From Dendrobates tinctorius (lineage: Eukaryota), in the NCBI RefSeq assembly GCF_039654945.1, contig NW_027361878.1:23002001-23066000 (forward strand): DNA of 64,000 nucleotides. Reading direction: 5' to 3'. The notes under the pieces are model-generated. The model was not told the origin of the DNA, ran no database searches, and saw only the letters and a list, made by a program, of their open reading frames with translations. The number at the start of each line of letters is the position of its first letter. The stretch's first letter is position 1. The position numbers were made by a program, and so were the translations under genes. This document shows positions 62,734 through 64,000 of the stretch, in pieces.

Positions 62734-63655
62734 GGCTGTGTTCACACGTAGCGTTTTTTTTGCGTTTTCGCAGCGATTTTAAACGTGCAATTTTGCCGCG
62801 AAAACGCAAAAAAACAGCATCCCATGCAATCCTATGGGATTCCGCAATGCTGTGCTAATGCTGCGGATTTTCCCGCGGCGGAATCGCATCGCAGAAAAAT
62901 ATGCAGCATGCTCATTAATTTTGCGTAATCGCAGCAATTCCGCCCACATAGGAATGCATTGTTCTGCTTACTTTCCGCATGTGGCTGTGCCCACCATGCA
63001 AAAAGTAAGCAGAACATTTGCGGATGTTACCGACGGTCCGGAGGAGAGGAGACTGTCCTCCGGGCTGTGGGTACCATATCCCTGTAAAAAATAGAATTAA
63101 AATAAAAAATATTGTTATTCTCATCTTCCGGCGTCCCGCACAGCCTTCCCACCCCTCTCTCCACGCTCCCGGTATCTTCCGGTCCCAGTAATCCTTTGCG
63201 ACAATGACCGCTATGACGTCGCGATCTCGCGGGAGCACGACGTCTCACGGTCATTCGCGCAAAGGATTACTGGGACCGGAAGATGCCGGCAGCGTGGAGA
63301 GAGGCGGGAAGGCTGTGCGGGACGCCGGAAGGTGAGAATAACAATATTTTTTATTTTTTTTATTATTTTTTACATCCTATCTTTTACTACTGATGCATAG
63401 GCAGCCTCAATAGTAAAAAGTTGGTCACACTAGTCAAACACTATGTTTGACGAGTGTGACCAACCTGTCAATCAGTTCTCCAAGCGATGCTCCAGATCGC
63501 TTGGAAAATGCTAGCATTCTGCAAGCTAATTATGCTTGCAAATCGCTAGTTCTTCCGCGGGAAAATCGCGGGAATTTAAAATGCAATTTTCATGCGGAAT
63601 GGAATTCCGGAATTCTCACGGTAACATCCGCGGGAGTTCCGCTGCGTGTGAACTT
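62734..63655. mobile_element. Harbinger-like MITE with a palindromic core (~63100-63360)
   Basis: ggctgtgttcacacg / cgtgtgaac termini; core cttccggcgtcccgcacagccttccc..cttccggtcccagtaatcctttgcg is mirrored. Confidence 0.7.
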
Positions 63656-64000
63656 ATAAATATCCACCAACCTGTGGCCCAACTGAGAGCCCACAGCGAA
63701 ACATGAGCATAACACCAATTCAAAAAATATCAAAATTTTATTAGTAATAAAGTTATTCACATAATTACAATATAGAGTACAAGAACAAAGATTGGTGACC
63801 GAAATGATTCCTCAAAATAAATTAATATTGCCGCCTAGCACATGACATGGCGCTGAAATGCTTATATTTTTGTTTATGCGCAAAATATAACCCTGCCTGT
63901 GAAAACGGAATCCCCACAGCCCATTGCTGTGTAATAACACCAGCTCAATGAGACCTCTTAGGGATACCACAGCAGAAATACAAAAACCCAGGAGTCACTG

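Overview
Vertebrate genomic DNA, most likely an anuran (frog) genome, inferred from the repeat families and the BAD protein. The only confident host gene is BAD on the minus strand: non-coding exon 1 at ~12041-12200 in a CpG-rich promoter, coding exons 10322-10178, 3447-3272 and 255-124, giving 150 aa. The remaining ~50 kb is mostly nested transposable elements: Tc1/mariner, hAT, piggyBac, Harbinger and Kolobok-type MITEs, CR1 and L2 LINEs, V-SINEs, LTR elements and solo LTRs, minisatellites and one ~200-N assembly gap. The most unusual item is a complete non-autonomous Gypsy-like LTR element (51224-56231, minus strand; 4-bp TSD, tRNA-Ser(CGA) PBS, PPT). It has no recognisable gag/pol, but its single internal ORF ends in what looks like a cold-shock (CSD/OB-fold) RNA-binding domain split by a 1-nt frameshift. 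Other notable items: a fold-back Chapaev3-like transposon with 545-bp inverted arms; a second non-autonomous LTR element with a Tf1/sushi-type self-priming signature; a 31-bp minisatellite derived from the CR1 ORF2 C-terminus; piggyBac derivatives carrying telomere-like repeats plus a ~390-bp satellite; and a G-rich 27-bp VNTR next to the BAD promoter. All family assignments come from reading motifs by eye; no searches were run.
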